Shown piece by piece: positions 25,275-36,669 of a stretch of 64,000 bases of DNA. Made by a program: the position numbers and the translations under genes. This DNA comes from Bugula neritina (taxonomy: Eukaryota > Animalia > Bryozoa). The DNA is taken from the NCBI GenBank assembly GCA_964035545.1, contig OZ037772.1, forward strand, positions 1,178,001 to 1,242,000, in the 5' to 3' direction. The notes under the pieces are model-generated. The model did no database searches. It was not told the DNA's origin and saw nothing but the letters and a program-made list of their open reading frames with translations. How positions within the stretch are numbered: the stretch's first letter is position 1; each line of letters opens with the position of its first letter.

Positions 25275-28200
25275 AAGAAACGCAGGTCACCCAGACGGGC
25301 ACCGCGTACTGGCAACCAACAGTGGCAACAGCCGCGACGGACCAGCAAGGGGCTTCGCCCCGCGGCTGCCTTTTCTATGCCCCTTCACAACAGATTCACA
25401 GGGCTACAAGTCCAAGAATCTGGATGGGAGCACACAAAGGTAGCTGAGAAACCAGCCTCGGCACCCCCGAGGCCTACCTATCACCGCCCCAAGAGACCTC
25501 CTTCGCGACCCAAAGCGAGGGAGGTACTCCCTGCGAGAGTCAGGCCTGAAGGGAGAGTTCAGATGCAGCCCCATGGGAACAGCTATTTCTTGCCCGGTAA
25601 ACTGGAAGGCAAAGCTGTTACTTTTCTCATTGATTCGGGCTGTACCACGAACCTCTTAAGCCGCCAACTCTTCGACACCCTCAGTGCTAGGGTCAGGGGC
25701 GAGATGGAAGCATACGAAGGGGAATACGGCACCCTAGCTGACGGGTCGTGCCTTCCCTTCTATGGTATAATTGAGCTGACGGGACGAGTCCGCGATCAAA
25801 CGATCCAAGAGACGTTCATCGTCAGTCAGCTCAAGGAGGATGCTATCCTCGGGATGCCGTTCCTTAAACGGCACGGATGTCACATAGATTTTAGCAGATC
25901 TGCAATGATGATGTCCGGGCGGGAACTCGCCTGCGTCGACAAGTTCGGCTGCCCTTTAGTGGGAGGTGTGCAAGTGGTACGCAACCGTACCATACCAGGC
26001 CGCTCCCGGGCTACCATTCACTGCAGGGTGAATAGTAGCCGGATCTCTGGACTCGGGGTGGTTGAAGGCGCGCACGAAAAGATCCAACTTGCCAGCAGTC
26101 TGAATCAGCTGACTGAGCAAGGGGAGATCTTAGTGCAGTGCGTCAACCCCTTTACCGAGCCTATCAAGCTCCCGGCTGGGTCGATGCTGGGCCGTTTTCA
26201 CTCTGTTCAAGAGGGAGACGTAGGCCCGTCGCTGAGTGATGCGACAGAGGCCCCCCCTCGACACCCTATTCAGGGACGAGGGGCAGTCCCAACACATCTC
26301 CGGGAGTTATACGAGACGGCCAGTGGTGGCTGCGCGAGTAACAGAGAGCGCCAAGCTATGGCCAAGTTACTACGCGACTACGGTGATGTGTTCAGCAGCG
26401 GAGAGCATGACGTGGGACTGACTGGAATTGTCAGACACGAAATACCGCTGACTGCAGGGACAGTCCCTGTCCGGCAGCCCACACGCAGGCTGGGGCCGGA
26501 GAAAGAGAAGGAGGTTAGCCGACAAGTACGGGATCTTCTGGACCGGGGACTGATAGAGCCCGCCCATAGTGCGTGGAGCTCGCCAGTCGTACTGGTCCGG
26601 AAGAAAGACGGCAGTTGGCGGTTCTGTGTGGACTACCGCAAACTCAATAGCGTAACCATACAGGACGCCTACCCTCTACCTCGTATTGACGAGTCATTGG
26701 ACGCCCTAGCCGGCAGCAAGTACTTCAGTACGTTAGACTTGCTAAGCGGCTATTGGCAGGTTCCTCTGAGTCCCGACGCCCAAGAGAAAGCGGCGTTTAT
26801 CACACGGGACGGTTTGTGGAAGTGGAAGGTGCTGCCCTTCGGGTTAACCTCCGCCCCAGCCACCTTCCAGAGGCTGATGGAACAAGTCCTTAGCGGACTC
26901 CATTGGAAGACACTGCTGGTCTACCTCGATGATGTCATCGTAATCTCTCCAGACTTCGAGACACATGTCAGTCGTCTGCAGGAGGTTTTCGAGAGACTCC
27001 GAGGTGCCGGTCTTAAGCTCAAACCTTCCAAGTGCGCTCTGTTGCAGCCGGAGGTCAAGTACCTGGGGCACGTTGTCGGTCGAAACGGCGTGGCAACGGA
27101 TCCCGAAAAGGTACGGGCAGTAGAAGACTGGGTCACCCCTCAAGACTTGACCGGACTCCGGGCTTTCTTGGGGCTGGTAGGGTATTACAGACAATACATA
27201 CCAGACTTTGCGGGCATAGCCCAGCCGTTAAACCGGCTTACCGCAAAGGGAGTGACGTGGCAGTGGACTCCAGTCGAACAAGAAGCGTTCGACCGCCTCA
27301 AGGGCTGCCTCCTAACGGCGCCCATCTTGGCCTACCCAGACCCCACTCTGGAGTACATCCTAGACACGGACGCCAGTGACCAGAATGTTGGCGCTGTGCT
27401 GTCACAAGTGCAGGAAGGCCGAGAAGTAGTAGTAGCCTACTACAGCAAGTCTCTCTCTCCCGCTGAACGAAATTACTGCACTACCCGCAAGGAGCTGCTG
27501 GCAGTAATCAAGTCAGTGAAGCACTTCAGACCATACCTATATGGCAGGAAGTTCCGGCTGCGTACGGATCATGCCTCGCTGATCTGGTTGTGCAGGAGAG
27601 CAGAGCCCTCTAGTCAGGTCGCCCGGTGGCTCGAAATCCTAGCTGAATTCTCATACCGGATCGAACACCGACCGGGCAAGAGACACAGCAATGCGGATGG
27701 GTTGAGCCGCCGACCTGACGGAGGTTGCAAACAGTGTCTCAACATCGAGAGGACGGATGGAGGTCCCCCTCGATGCGAGTTGGAGACGCTGGCTCATCAC
27801 GGAGCACCGTTTGACTGGGATCAAGGTCAACTCAGGCAAAGAGTTGATGAGTCCCCGGAGGATATACAAAACCTCCGCGCCAACCCTGTACTGGCCGGTA
27901 ATGTTCGAGAGCTGAAGAAGCTCCAAGAAGAGCTGCCTGGAGTCGTGGCAGACATCTACCGGGCCAAAAGGGAAGGGCGACGACCCAGCGAGGAACGCAT
28001 AAGACAGGGATGCGCCGAATTCCGGCTATACTGTCAGCGTTGGGACTCGCTGCGGATCGGGCAGGATGGGTTGCTAACCATCTCTCTAGCTGCCAGCGGC
28101 AGACACCCGGAAAGGAAGAGGGTAGTCTGCCCCACAGCCATCCGCCGTGAGTTGATTTGGGATACTCACAAGCAGGCCCACGCAGGGGTCAAGCGAGTGA

Positions 28201-29780
28201 TGTCCAAATTACGACTCCGGTGGTATTGGCCGCAGATGGAGCGTGACGTCCGGCTCAGAGTCAAACAGTGTGAGATCTGCCAGGCCAGTAAGCATAGCCG
28301 CCCCCCTGGTGAAGCAGGACGGCGGAGGCTATATGCTGGTAGGCCCTGGCAGGTAGTCGCTGTAGACCTGGTCGGACCCATGCCCCTGACCCCCAGAGGC
28401 AATAATTGGATCCTAGTACTAACCGACCACTTTACTAGGTGGGCGGATGCTCTGGCTATCCCAGATGCATCAGCCCCAACAGTGGCCAGGGCACTAGACC
28501 AACACGTATTCTGTTATTTTGGGCTTCCCGAACAGATACACTCTGATCAAGGCGCTCAATTCCAGTCTCAACTGATGAGCGACCTTTGCCACCTCTGGGG
28601 AGTAAATCAGAGCAGGACCACACCCTACCACCCTCAAGGTAACGGGGTGGTGGAGCGCAACAACCGGATGTTAGGTGATGCGCTCCGGAGTCTCCTCCTT
28701 GGACGAGGTCAAGAGGAATGGGATACGGTGTTGCCGCAAGTCATGCGTGCATACCGTAGCACCCCACACACCAGTACTGGTGAGACCCCAAACCTCTTGA
28801 TGCTCGGGAGAGAGACTCGTGTCCCTGACCATCTCACCTATCACGTTCCAGAGCAAGATAACTCAGTCCACGAGTATGCCAGTGAACTAGTGGAACGGAT
28901 GAAGGCCGCACACGAGATACTGCGTCAACAGCAGTGGAAGGTGCGGCATGAAGATTCCGATGAACCACCCCTCTATCAAAGAGGAGATAAGGTGTGGATG
29001 GTCAATTACCGTAGGCGCCGCGGACAGGCTGATAAGCTGAAGCCTAAGTTCGTAGGCCCCTACGTGGTCGTCGAGGCTATGCCCAATCATACGTACAAGA
29101 TTGAGCGCTCAGGACAGGTGTCTATCCAGAATGAGTCTCGCTTGAAACCGTATTGGGCTAGCCCCGGCGGAGTGGGAGAAGCCCCCCCGTTGTTAGAGCC
29201 CAGGAGGCAGACAACAACGCGCGGGCGACGGCGGCATGGACCTGAATACGAAGTGGTCATACCGCGGGAAGAAAACTTGGTGAGAGAGGAGCGGCAGCTT
29301 CTGGCAACAGAAGCGTGTCCGCCACCGCCAAGTCTAATTCCATCACTTCCAGAAACCGAGCCGGTTCCGGAAGTGCAAACCCCCACGGAAGGAGGGGCTC
29401 CATCCGGAGAACAAGAAGAGGTGACTGCTGACGGTGAAGTAGAGACGCCATTAGAGGCCCCTACTAACGAACCGGCAAGCGTGTCACCCCCCCTAGAAAG
29501 GGGACAGCGTACGAGGCAACCCCCCGCATACTTGAAGGACTTCGTATGTGACTGCGTTAAAAGCGGCACACATGAAAGTCTAGGGGAAAACCGTACGAGA
29601 AAAGAATCGAGCAAATGTGGGAGTTGTCAACACCACGGAAATATCAACTTTTGTATCGGCGGAAGTAGGAACAAAATTCATCCGCCGGGTGCACAAAGTC
29701 TTAATCACGCACCCCAACCACGTTGCTCGATCTTTTCATACGCTGATGCAGTCAAGAGTAGACGTGTTTCTAAGCAGTAG
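25212..29780 (+). CDS. pol: Pol polyprotein (protease, RT, RNase H, integrase), intact, likely translated as a Gag-Pol frameshift product
   Basis: Open frame 25152-29780 with no nearby ATG; FLIDSGC protease, YLDD RT, RNase H, HHCC and DDE integrase, GPY motif. Confidence 0.96.
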   Translation, partial: VKLPRPADVPTFRGPTKPLGKKKRRSPRRAPRTGNQQWQQPRRTSKGLRPAAAFSMPLHNRFTGLQVQESGWEHTKVAEKPASAPPRPTYHRPKRPPSRPKAREVLPARVRPEGRVQMQPHGNSYFLPGKLEGKAVTFLIDSGCTTNLLSRQLFDTLSARVRGEMEAYEGEYGTLADGSCLPFYGIIELTGRVRDQTIQETFIVSQLKEDAILGMPFLKRHGCHIDFSRSAMMMSGRELACVDKFGCPLVGGVQVVRNRTIPGRSRATIHCRVNSSRISGLGVVEGAHEKIQLASSLNQLTEQGEILVQCVNPFTEPIKLPAGSMLGRFHSVQEGDVGPSLSDATEAPPRHPIQGRGAVPTHLRELYETASGGCASNRERQAMAKLLRDYGDVFSSGEHDVGLTGIVRHEIPLTAGTVPVRQPTRRLGPEKEKEVSRQVRDLLDRGLIEPAHSAWSSPVVLVRKKDGSWRFCVDYRKLNSVTIQDAYPLPRIDESLDALAGSKYFSTLDLLSGYWQVPLSPDAQEKAAFITRDGLWKWKVLPFGLTSAPATFQRLMEQVLSGLHWKTLLVYLDDVIVISPDFETHVSRLQEVFERLRGAGLKLKPSKCALLQPEVKYLGHVVGRNGVATDPEKVRAVEDWVTPQDLTGLRAFLGLVGYYRQYIPDFAGIAQPLNRLTAKGVTWQWTPVEQEAFDRLKGCLLTAPILAYPDPTLEYILDTDASDQNVGAVLSQVQEGREVVVAYYSKSLSPAERNYCTTRKELLAVIKSVKHFRPYLYGRKFRLRTDHASLIWLCRRAEPSSQVARWLEILAEFSYRIEHRPGKRHSNADGLSRRPDGGCKQCLNIERTDGGPPRCELETLAHHGAPFDWDQGQLRQRVDESPEDIQNLRANPVLAGNVRELKKLQEELPGVVADIYRAKREGRRPSEERIRQGCAEFRLYCQRWDSLRIGQDGLLTISLAASGRHPERKRVVCPTAIRRELIWDTHKQAHAGVKRVMSKLRLRWYWPQMERDVRLRVKQCEICQASKHSRPPGEAGRRRLYAGRPWQVVAVDLVGPMPLTPRGNNWILVLTDHFTRWADALAIPDASAPTVARALDQHVFCYFGLPEQIHSDQGAQFQSQLMSDLCHLWGVNQSRTTPYHPQGNGVVERNNRMLGDALRSLLLGRGQEEWDTVLPQVMRAYRSTPHTSTGETPNLLMLGRETRVPDHLTYHVPEQDNSVHEYASELVERMKAAHEILRQQQWKVRHEDSDEPPLYQRGDKVWMVNYRRRRGQADKLKPKFVGPYVVVEAMPNHTYKIERSGQVSIQNESRLKPYWASPGGVGEAPPLLEPRRQTTTRGRRRHGPEYEVVIPREENLVREERQLLATEACPPPPSLIPSLPETEPVPEVQTPTEGGAPSGEQEEVTADGEVETPLEAPTNEPASVSPPLERGQRTRQPPAYLKDFVCDCVKSGTHESLGENRTRKESSKCGSCQHHGNINFCIGGSRNKIHPPGAQSLNHAPQPRCSIFSYADAVKSRRVSKQ

Positions 29781-29804
29781 TTCAAACCATTTCACATATT
29801 CAGT

Positions 29805-30879
29805 ATGTCTTACGACAACAGATCGTGGGGTGAGTTAACTATATCTTAATACGAAACTAGATTGCATCGCTCAGCTCTGACTCACTGAATCAATCGAGCT
29901 GGAGATAGGTTAGTGAAATACCGTGGTAAGAACTCAGTTTGACTTAGAGATTTTTATAATCTCATTGCAATACGGTTCTATCTGACTATTCACTATCATT
30001 AATCTCTACGAGGTAACTGAATTAGGAGTTGCCAAGCTGTTAGCTGACAACACAGCAGTGTAATGTACTAACACTGTTGAAACTTTTTCAGATTACACTC
30101 GACCCGCTACAACCAGGGTACGGGATAGAACACTTCCCGCTCCGTATCCGGAGGACTATGCTAGTGGTGACCGGCCTGAGCCACTACGCCGCCGTTGGCG
30201 GTGGGTGTCTCCACAAACCGAAGAAGAAATAGAAACAGCCTGGGGGTCCAGAGGACGGACGAGATGCCAGATCTGTGGTGAAGATTGCGCCTCTCACCGC
30301 TCCCTTAAACTACACGTCAATGCTCATCTCCTACTGACCTTCTGCCCCTGCGGGTACAATGATGTGTATCCCTACCCCGTCACCAGACACAGAGCGGCGG
30401 GCTGTTTCCCTGGAGAAAACTATGTGGTCGACGCTAAGCTGTACCCGGAGTTCCTCACATATATACGACCTCTGGTAAAGAAGGCCATGCTACTAGCCGT
30501 TCTATCCTCGGGGTTCCAACGTGTGTTAGACAACGCCCGCCAACAAACCCCGCTGGTGTCTGACCGCCCTCCAATTACCTACACCCCCGAGGAAACTACA
30601 TATCCAGAAGAAGGAGAGATCTCCCCTACCCCGGCGAAGAGACGGACCAGGTCCCCCAGTCCACCATTACGCCGCAGACGGACACCGTCCCCAGACCCAG
30701 TACGACTAGCTACAGTAGAAGAACGCCTCCTACGATTACAAGAAGAGTTCACCCAGCTGGCGCCAGATCTACTCAACACTACCACAGGACTCTTCCAGCT
30801 GAAGGGATCCGTATGCCGTATGAAACGGAAACTGCGTACATGCCAAGCCAAGCACCGGCGTGCCCAACAAGGACTCTAG
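29805..30879 (+). CDS. Gypsy accessory ORF3, predicted spliced: 29805-29829 (or gag exon 24310-24352) + 30092-30879
   Basis: Donors at 29830 (GTGAGT) and 24353 (GTGAGC) are both phase 1; TACTAAC 30066-30072; acceptor ends 30091; products 270 or 276 aa. Confidence 0.78.
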
Positions 30880-31161
30880 TATGCTACCCAGAATACTCCA
30901 CATTTGGTGAAGAACCAAACTCGTGCAAATGCTTAACTGCTAGACAGGTTATTCCTTGTCTAATACCACAGCTAGCTAGTATTCCTCGTCTATCTACAGC
31001 TGGCCAATTGTATGCAACGGATCGTTATAACGACTCTGTGTATTATTATGTCTCTTCCTGTATATTATGTATTATTTTTGTCCACTGATGTATGCAATTA
31101 CTATTGAATGTTTTTTTTATATATATATATCAGAAAGATGGCTTTCTGCTGGTGGGGGCGG

Positions 31162-31467
31162 TGTGGTGGTTCGTGGAACTGCCAGCAGCACAACATGTAG
31201 GGTCGCGTAATTGACCCGGAACAATGGATAGCCAATTAGCGTAGTTGATAGTTAGCAGCAATTGTAGTTTCCCGCTGCTAACTCAGTCGAAGCTAGAGTG
31301 TGAAATAGATTAGATGTGTAACTTGTTGGAAATAATGTATCGTGTTTTTATAATGTATAATTGTGTATAAAATATACTCGTTCACTCGACTTAGCCTGGT
31401 GCAGTTCTATACTAGATAAATAGACTCTCTGGATAGCATATCAACCCAAAAACAGAAAACTATAACA
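31162..31467 (+). repeat. 3' LTR of Gypsy copy 2
   Basis: Direct repeat of the 5' LTR, followed by TSD ATAT. Confidence 0.97.
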
Positions 31468-32407
31468 ATATGATCAAAGACAAATGATTCCAAGCAGTTT
31501 GAGTTGAAGGTAAGTTATAAGTTGAAGTAGTACGTAAGTGGTAGTTGATACTGATACTATCAGTGATAGGTCTATACTCCATACCAATGAACTCAATAAT
31601 ATTACCTATATATTACCATAAATTATATTACCATTAGTATTACCTATAATTAAAATATATTATTTCTTTTCCAGCTCAGTGCTTTATACCCTCTACTTAG
31701 TCTAATGCCGCGCGCATGACGAGAATGTGAGGTGAAGGTCACTCACAGCTAAAATCGCCAAGGATCTGTAATCCATCACTAGTAGTAGTAGTTCTAGTAG
31801 TCGTACTACCAGTAATCTGGCTTCGCTATGGCACTACGAAGTGAATGTTGACAAGACGCATGCATGTTTGCTGTTGGTAAACTAATTTTTACTGAATTTT
31901 AATCATGCTAAGCTGCAACCTATTTTCTAATGAAATAATATATTCAATAATAATATAATAAATATAATAATTATAATTATCATTATAATATTTTATCATT
32001 TAATTTTATAACTTTTACTTTTAGTTTTAGTATTTTGGTTTTACATCAAAATTTACATCATTATGATTATCATTATGATTACAAAATGAAAATAATTATC
32101 ATTAATCATTACCTTTTAATTTATGATTATAATTAATGTTAGAATTACCACAATTACAATCATAATGATAATCATAATGGCATAATCATAATGCCAATGA
32201 TAATCACAATCGTAACACTAATAATAATAGTAATAGTCAAACTCAAGGATTGAGCCAATGATTCAGATTGTCTAAATTTAATTATATAAATTTCAGCCTT
32301 GGGTTTAACTTTACAGTTCACAATTTTATTTTACATTACGACTGAGAGTCACAGTAAGACTAAGAAAAAGAGTAAGTCATACCTTTCTTGCAGTTATTTT
32401 CAAAGTT

Positions 32408-32535
32408 TGTAGTTGTACTAGTACAGTAGTAGACCTAGTAGTAGTACTAGTAGTAGTAGTAGTAACAGTACTATTAGTAGTAGTAGTAGTAGTACTAGTA
32501 CTAGTTGTAGTACTAGTATCAGTGGTAGTAGTAAT
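32408..32535. repeat. (AGT)n-type degenerate microsatellite
   Basis: Inverted counterpart at ~61800-61955 with a different repeat number. Confidence 0.9.
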
Positions 32536-34112
32536 AGGACTGCGATCTTAGATGTAAGTCTAATGAAATACGAATAATAATAGTATAAGTATAACTTTTA
32601 CATATTTAGTTTTACTATAAGTGTAAATATAATGAGTAATAGTAAAACTCAAAATTATATACATTAACTCAGTTTAGCATTAGTGATAAAATATAATAAT
32701 TATAATAAAGTAATATGATCACCATTACGATTATAATTAAAATTCTTAGTAACACTTTTATGATACTCAGTTTAATTTATTAATATTAAACATTAGTTTG
32801 GCTACCACAAATAACTAATAAGTGCTACTATAGGTAACTGTAAAGATAAGTATAAATTTAACTATAACATAGACTATCAGCAATAATAATATATCATATT
32901 GGTATTAAACTATATATGGATAATGCAAGTCATAGATCATACCTCATGATAATTATTCCTAATGATCTTACTTTTATATGCTGATGCTAATAAGTAGTAA
33001 TTTTAAATTTGATAACTCATGAATGATGAATAAGATAATAAGAATAATACCGGACTTAGTAATACTATTAGTCCCACTACTAGAATTTTATTATCTTATA
33101 TGTGTAATACGCTTCTTTTAGTAATACTGCTGGTCAAAGTTAGTGTTAATCATATTTATAGTTAAATGTTGAAGGAATAAATTAGTTCATAACATAAACA
33201 TTGCACTATGTGAATATGAAATTTAATATGAATATCCCAATTACACTTGCTGTTGCTCTTTAGAGACTAGAGTTATAACTTATAACTATGATATATTAAT
33301 GAATACCATTATTTTAACTAATCATATTACTCAGCTAATGTTAATGATAACTGTAAGTCTAAAAACCATTACGGTTATAGGTATCACTGACTAATATTAT
33401 TAATAATATAATCATTCGTTTTATACTTGTACCTATATTTATATTTATACATACCTATTTTTATACTTATGATCATATCTATACTTTCACGTATGCTTAT
33501 ACATTTTACTCATAGTATCAGGGTGGCAATCGAAAAGTCATAATCGATAATTTTTAATCCAAATTTCATTTCTATATTCCTTGTGAAGATCCCGGCAGTG
33601 TTTACCAAAGCTTCCAGTTCTAACTTTGATTTCCTATTTACCTTCAGGTCATCCACATATAGGAGATGGTTTGTTTTCTGTCTCGTCGAAATTTGCATCA
33701 TTGAGCCGCTTCTGTCATGCGAATCGGTAGTTGGAGAAAAGGGATAGAGATAAAGAGTCTCCTTGGAAAATTCTTAGTTTGATCTTTATTTTTCCTATCT
33801 TTTCTTCCAGGTATTTCAGTTGTGTTTTCCAGGTTTCATGCTTTTTCTTATCAACCTTATGACATTAATTGCTATTCCAGTTGTTTGCATCGTTTCTAAG
33901 ATCTAATTTCCTTGTCTTTACATATGCTCCAATTTGTTGCTAACTTTATTTAGTCATTCTGCATTGGTATTATTTTTAGTTGGCTGACCCCATATATTTT
34001 ATCAGAATGCTTTTGATTTCCTTGTCAGGTGCCTCTTTAGATGTACATTCATTTCCTCGTAATTCTTGATAAAAGCGCTTATCATTGTAAACATTGTGTT
34101 CTGATTATATTG

Positions 34113-36669
34113 CACAGTTGGTTTAAGGTCATTACTTTCCAGATTCAGGCACTGCTTTATGTTATATATAAACGGTTTCCAGGGGATAGCTCGAACAGTT
34201 TTTGTCTCACATTAACAAATTTTACATGAAAAGATAGCTCTTGCATTCCTCTTTCATATACTTTTTTAATTTTTCAATAAAATCTTTTTTGAGAAAGTTG
34301 TTGCATAATAAGTAAAATTTTACACCCTCCATGTTCCACTGCTGTAGCACAGGGGATTCATTTTATAAAGTATAAAAGTTAAACTTGACATTCCTTGATA
34401 TGTTTTCTCTAATATACTTTCTTTGTTTTTTAAAATTCTGTTTATGCTCTTCACAATTTGGTAAAAACATACACCATTTTGCAAGTTTCACTGCAATTTT
34501 CTAAATTCTTCATATGGTGGTTCTAGCTACGCTCCTGTGACTAATTATAACATTCCTAGTACGTTTGCCGCTCTGCGCTATCACAATAACATATAGTACC
34601 CTCTCGCACAAATTGGCAGTCTATTGGATTTCTGCCAATATAATGTTCCCTGTTTTACATTAGCACTTAGCTGAATCATCTCACTATGTTACAATAATAT
34701 ATTGAAAATGCCTCAGCACAACATAATTCTTTGTTTGTTTGGCAGAGTTAATTTCAGCTAAATCACTTCACTTTGCAGTCTTGTTAGTAAAGGTCTGTCT
34801 ATAGAGCAGCAGGTGTACTTTCAGTTTCTCTAATTCACATATGATTATTTTAAGTACATTGTATTCTATAAGATCAATTTAAGGTTTAGTCCAGTGTTCA
34901 GTATCTAATTATTATGCATGTATGTTGTCTTACTGTTGAACAAAAGTTAAAAAAAACTTTACAATTATAGTCATATTTATTATACATGCGTAGGATTTGC
35001 ATAAGTTGACAAAAAAAATTGCGACAAAACAGGGTTGAACCATAACCAACTAACTCCTCGCTGACGCCTCTAACCTCTAGACCACGCAGTCATCGTTAAT
35101 AAGACGCGCACTATATGAGTAACTATCATTACATAAATATTTCGCGCGCAAAAGGGTTATAATTATTAGGCTGTCAACTGTTGCAATAGTCTCGGGTTAC
35201 TAGCAAAGCTAATGGTTTTGAACAAATAACCCAAAAGTTTAAAAATAAGTAGCTTGGGTATTACTAGCTACAAAAACAGGTCTGAAATAGACTGGTAAAG
35301 CAAGCTCTTATTGTAGAGTTTGCAGATGTGCTCTAAAATAAAACTTAAACTGTATGGTATTACATAAGTATTTGTATGCGAGAGATAAATGGACATTACT
35401 GAGTTTCTGGAAAACAACATACTTGAAGTTAACTTTGACAATGGTGTGTTATTTTCATCATACACTAGCACAGATAGGGCCTATAGCATAAATCTCTAAT
35501 CATATGAATCTTTATGAAGCCCACAGCTCATGTAAGGGTGGCAAATGTAATTTGAAACTAAAAATTGTGTTGCTGCATTGTGTCTAAGGTATATTAGAGA
35601 GCAGAATTTGGTTTTACTAGCCTACCCCAACGGCATTCTACAATGCAGCTTATATGCTGGCAGTTGTAATAAGTACTGTCAATAGCAAGGTTACTATCAC
35701 TGCTAGCTCTGTGCAGTATGTAACCTCTTGAATAATTGCGCCAATTTTAAACTCTTGGAAGTTGGCCAAGTTATCATATCGCAGCCAGCCACCGGAGACA
35801 AAGCATCAGAGCTATTCATATAATATTATACTGATGCACTTGGTAGCAGAGTGGCTAATCTAATATAGTTCATAGTTCAACACCCTTTACTTTGGGAATA
35901 CAGCCTCTTTTTTTAGGTTTACCTTACAAAGCATGAACATATCTAAACTGATATTCTGATAATTTAGAGGTACATTTTGAAAACTAGGTTAATTGCACTT
36001 GTTTGCACAACAACAATAATAAAATAGATATTATGCAGTATAATAAAAACACACATAATACTATATAATATATTATAATGATAATAATATAATATTATAA
36101 GTACCATTACTGCATTTTATAAATCACATGGTTGCCAAAAAAATGTATCACAAATTTTGTAATTATACATCAAAAATAGAACTATAGCTAGGCAGCAGGT
36201 TAGAATAGAGTAAATTTTTAAAACATGAAATCATGATTTGACTATTGTTTTATTTAGGCCAACCAACCTAGGAATACAAGATTGGGTTTTAGCTGACAGT
36301 TTATAACATTTAGCTTTTGAGCCAGCAGCACTGGCACTTGTGAAGTATAGGCAAAGTTAGTGAAGCGGGACTAACTAGCACTCAAATACAAGGCATATTG
36401 AGACGCAATAACAAGTCAGGAGCGTATAAATTGAAAAGAATGTGGAAGGGGGACTATGTTTTTCAACAAGCTATAACTTAAACATGAATTGGTTTTTGAA
36501 AAAAATAAAAAAGTATATTGGAGAACATAAGTTTCTTTATTTTTTCATATTTTTTTTGTTCCTGTGACATTCAACCTGTTCGAGCTATCAGTGGAACATT
36601 GTTCATATAGAACATAAAGCACCTGGCAAAGAGCCAGAAAATGAAAAGTGTGACCTTAAACTAACTGTG
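34113..36669. mobile_element. Non-autonomous CACTA/EnSpm-type DNA transposon (2557 bp)
   Basis: TIR CACAGTTGGTTTAAGGTCA / TGACCTTAAACTAACTGTG with further imperfect subterminal symmetry; 2-bp TSD TG; empty site present in the other arm at ~58781-58800. Confidence 0.85.
35021..35089 (-). other. tRNA-like / SINE-head sequence
   Basis: A-box-like TGGTCTAGAGG and B-box-like GGTTCAACCC, followed by a T run; cloverleaf not convincing. Confidence 0.45.

Larger units (their letters stand above)
23973..31467 (+). mobile_element. Complete Ty3/Gypsy LTR retrotransposon, copy 2 (7495 bp)
   Basis: 306-bp LTRs 23973-24278 and 31162-31467 (one difference seen), TSD ATAT (23969-23972, 31468-31471), PBS, intact gag and pol, polypurine-like tract 31151-31161. 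Confidence 0.98.

Noticed and set aside
30092-30879. ORF3 as an envelope gene
   Set aside because: No signal peptide or transmembrane anchor; zinc-finger and basic motifs point to a nuclear protein.
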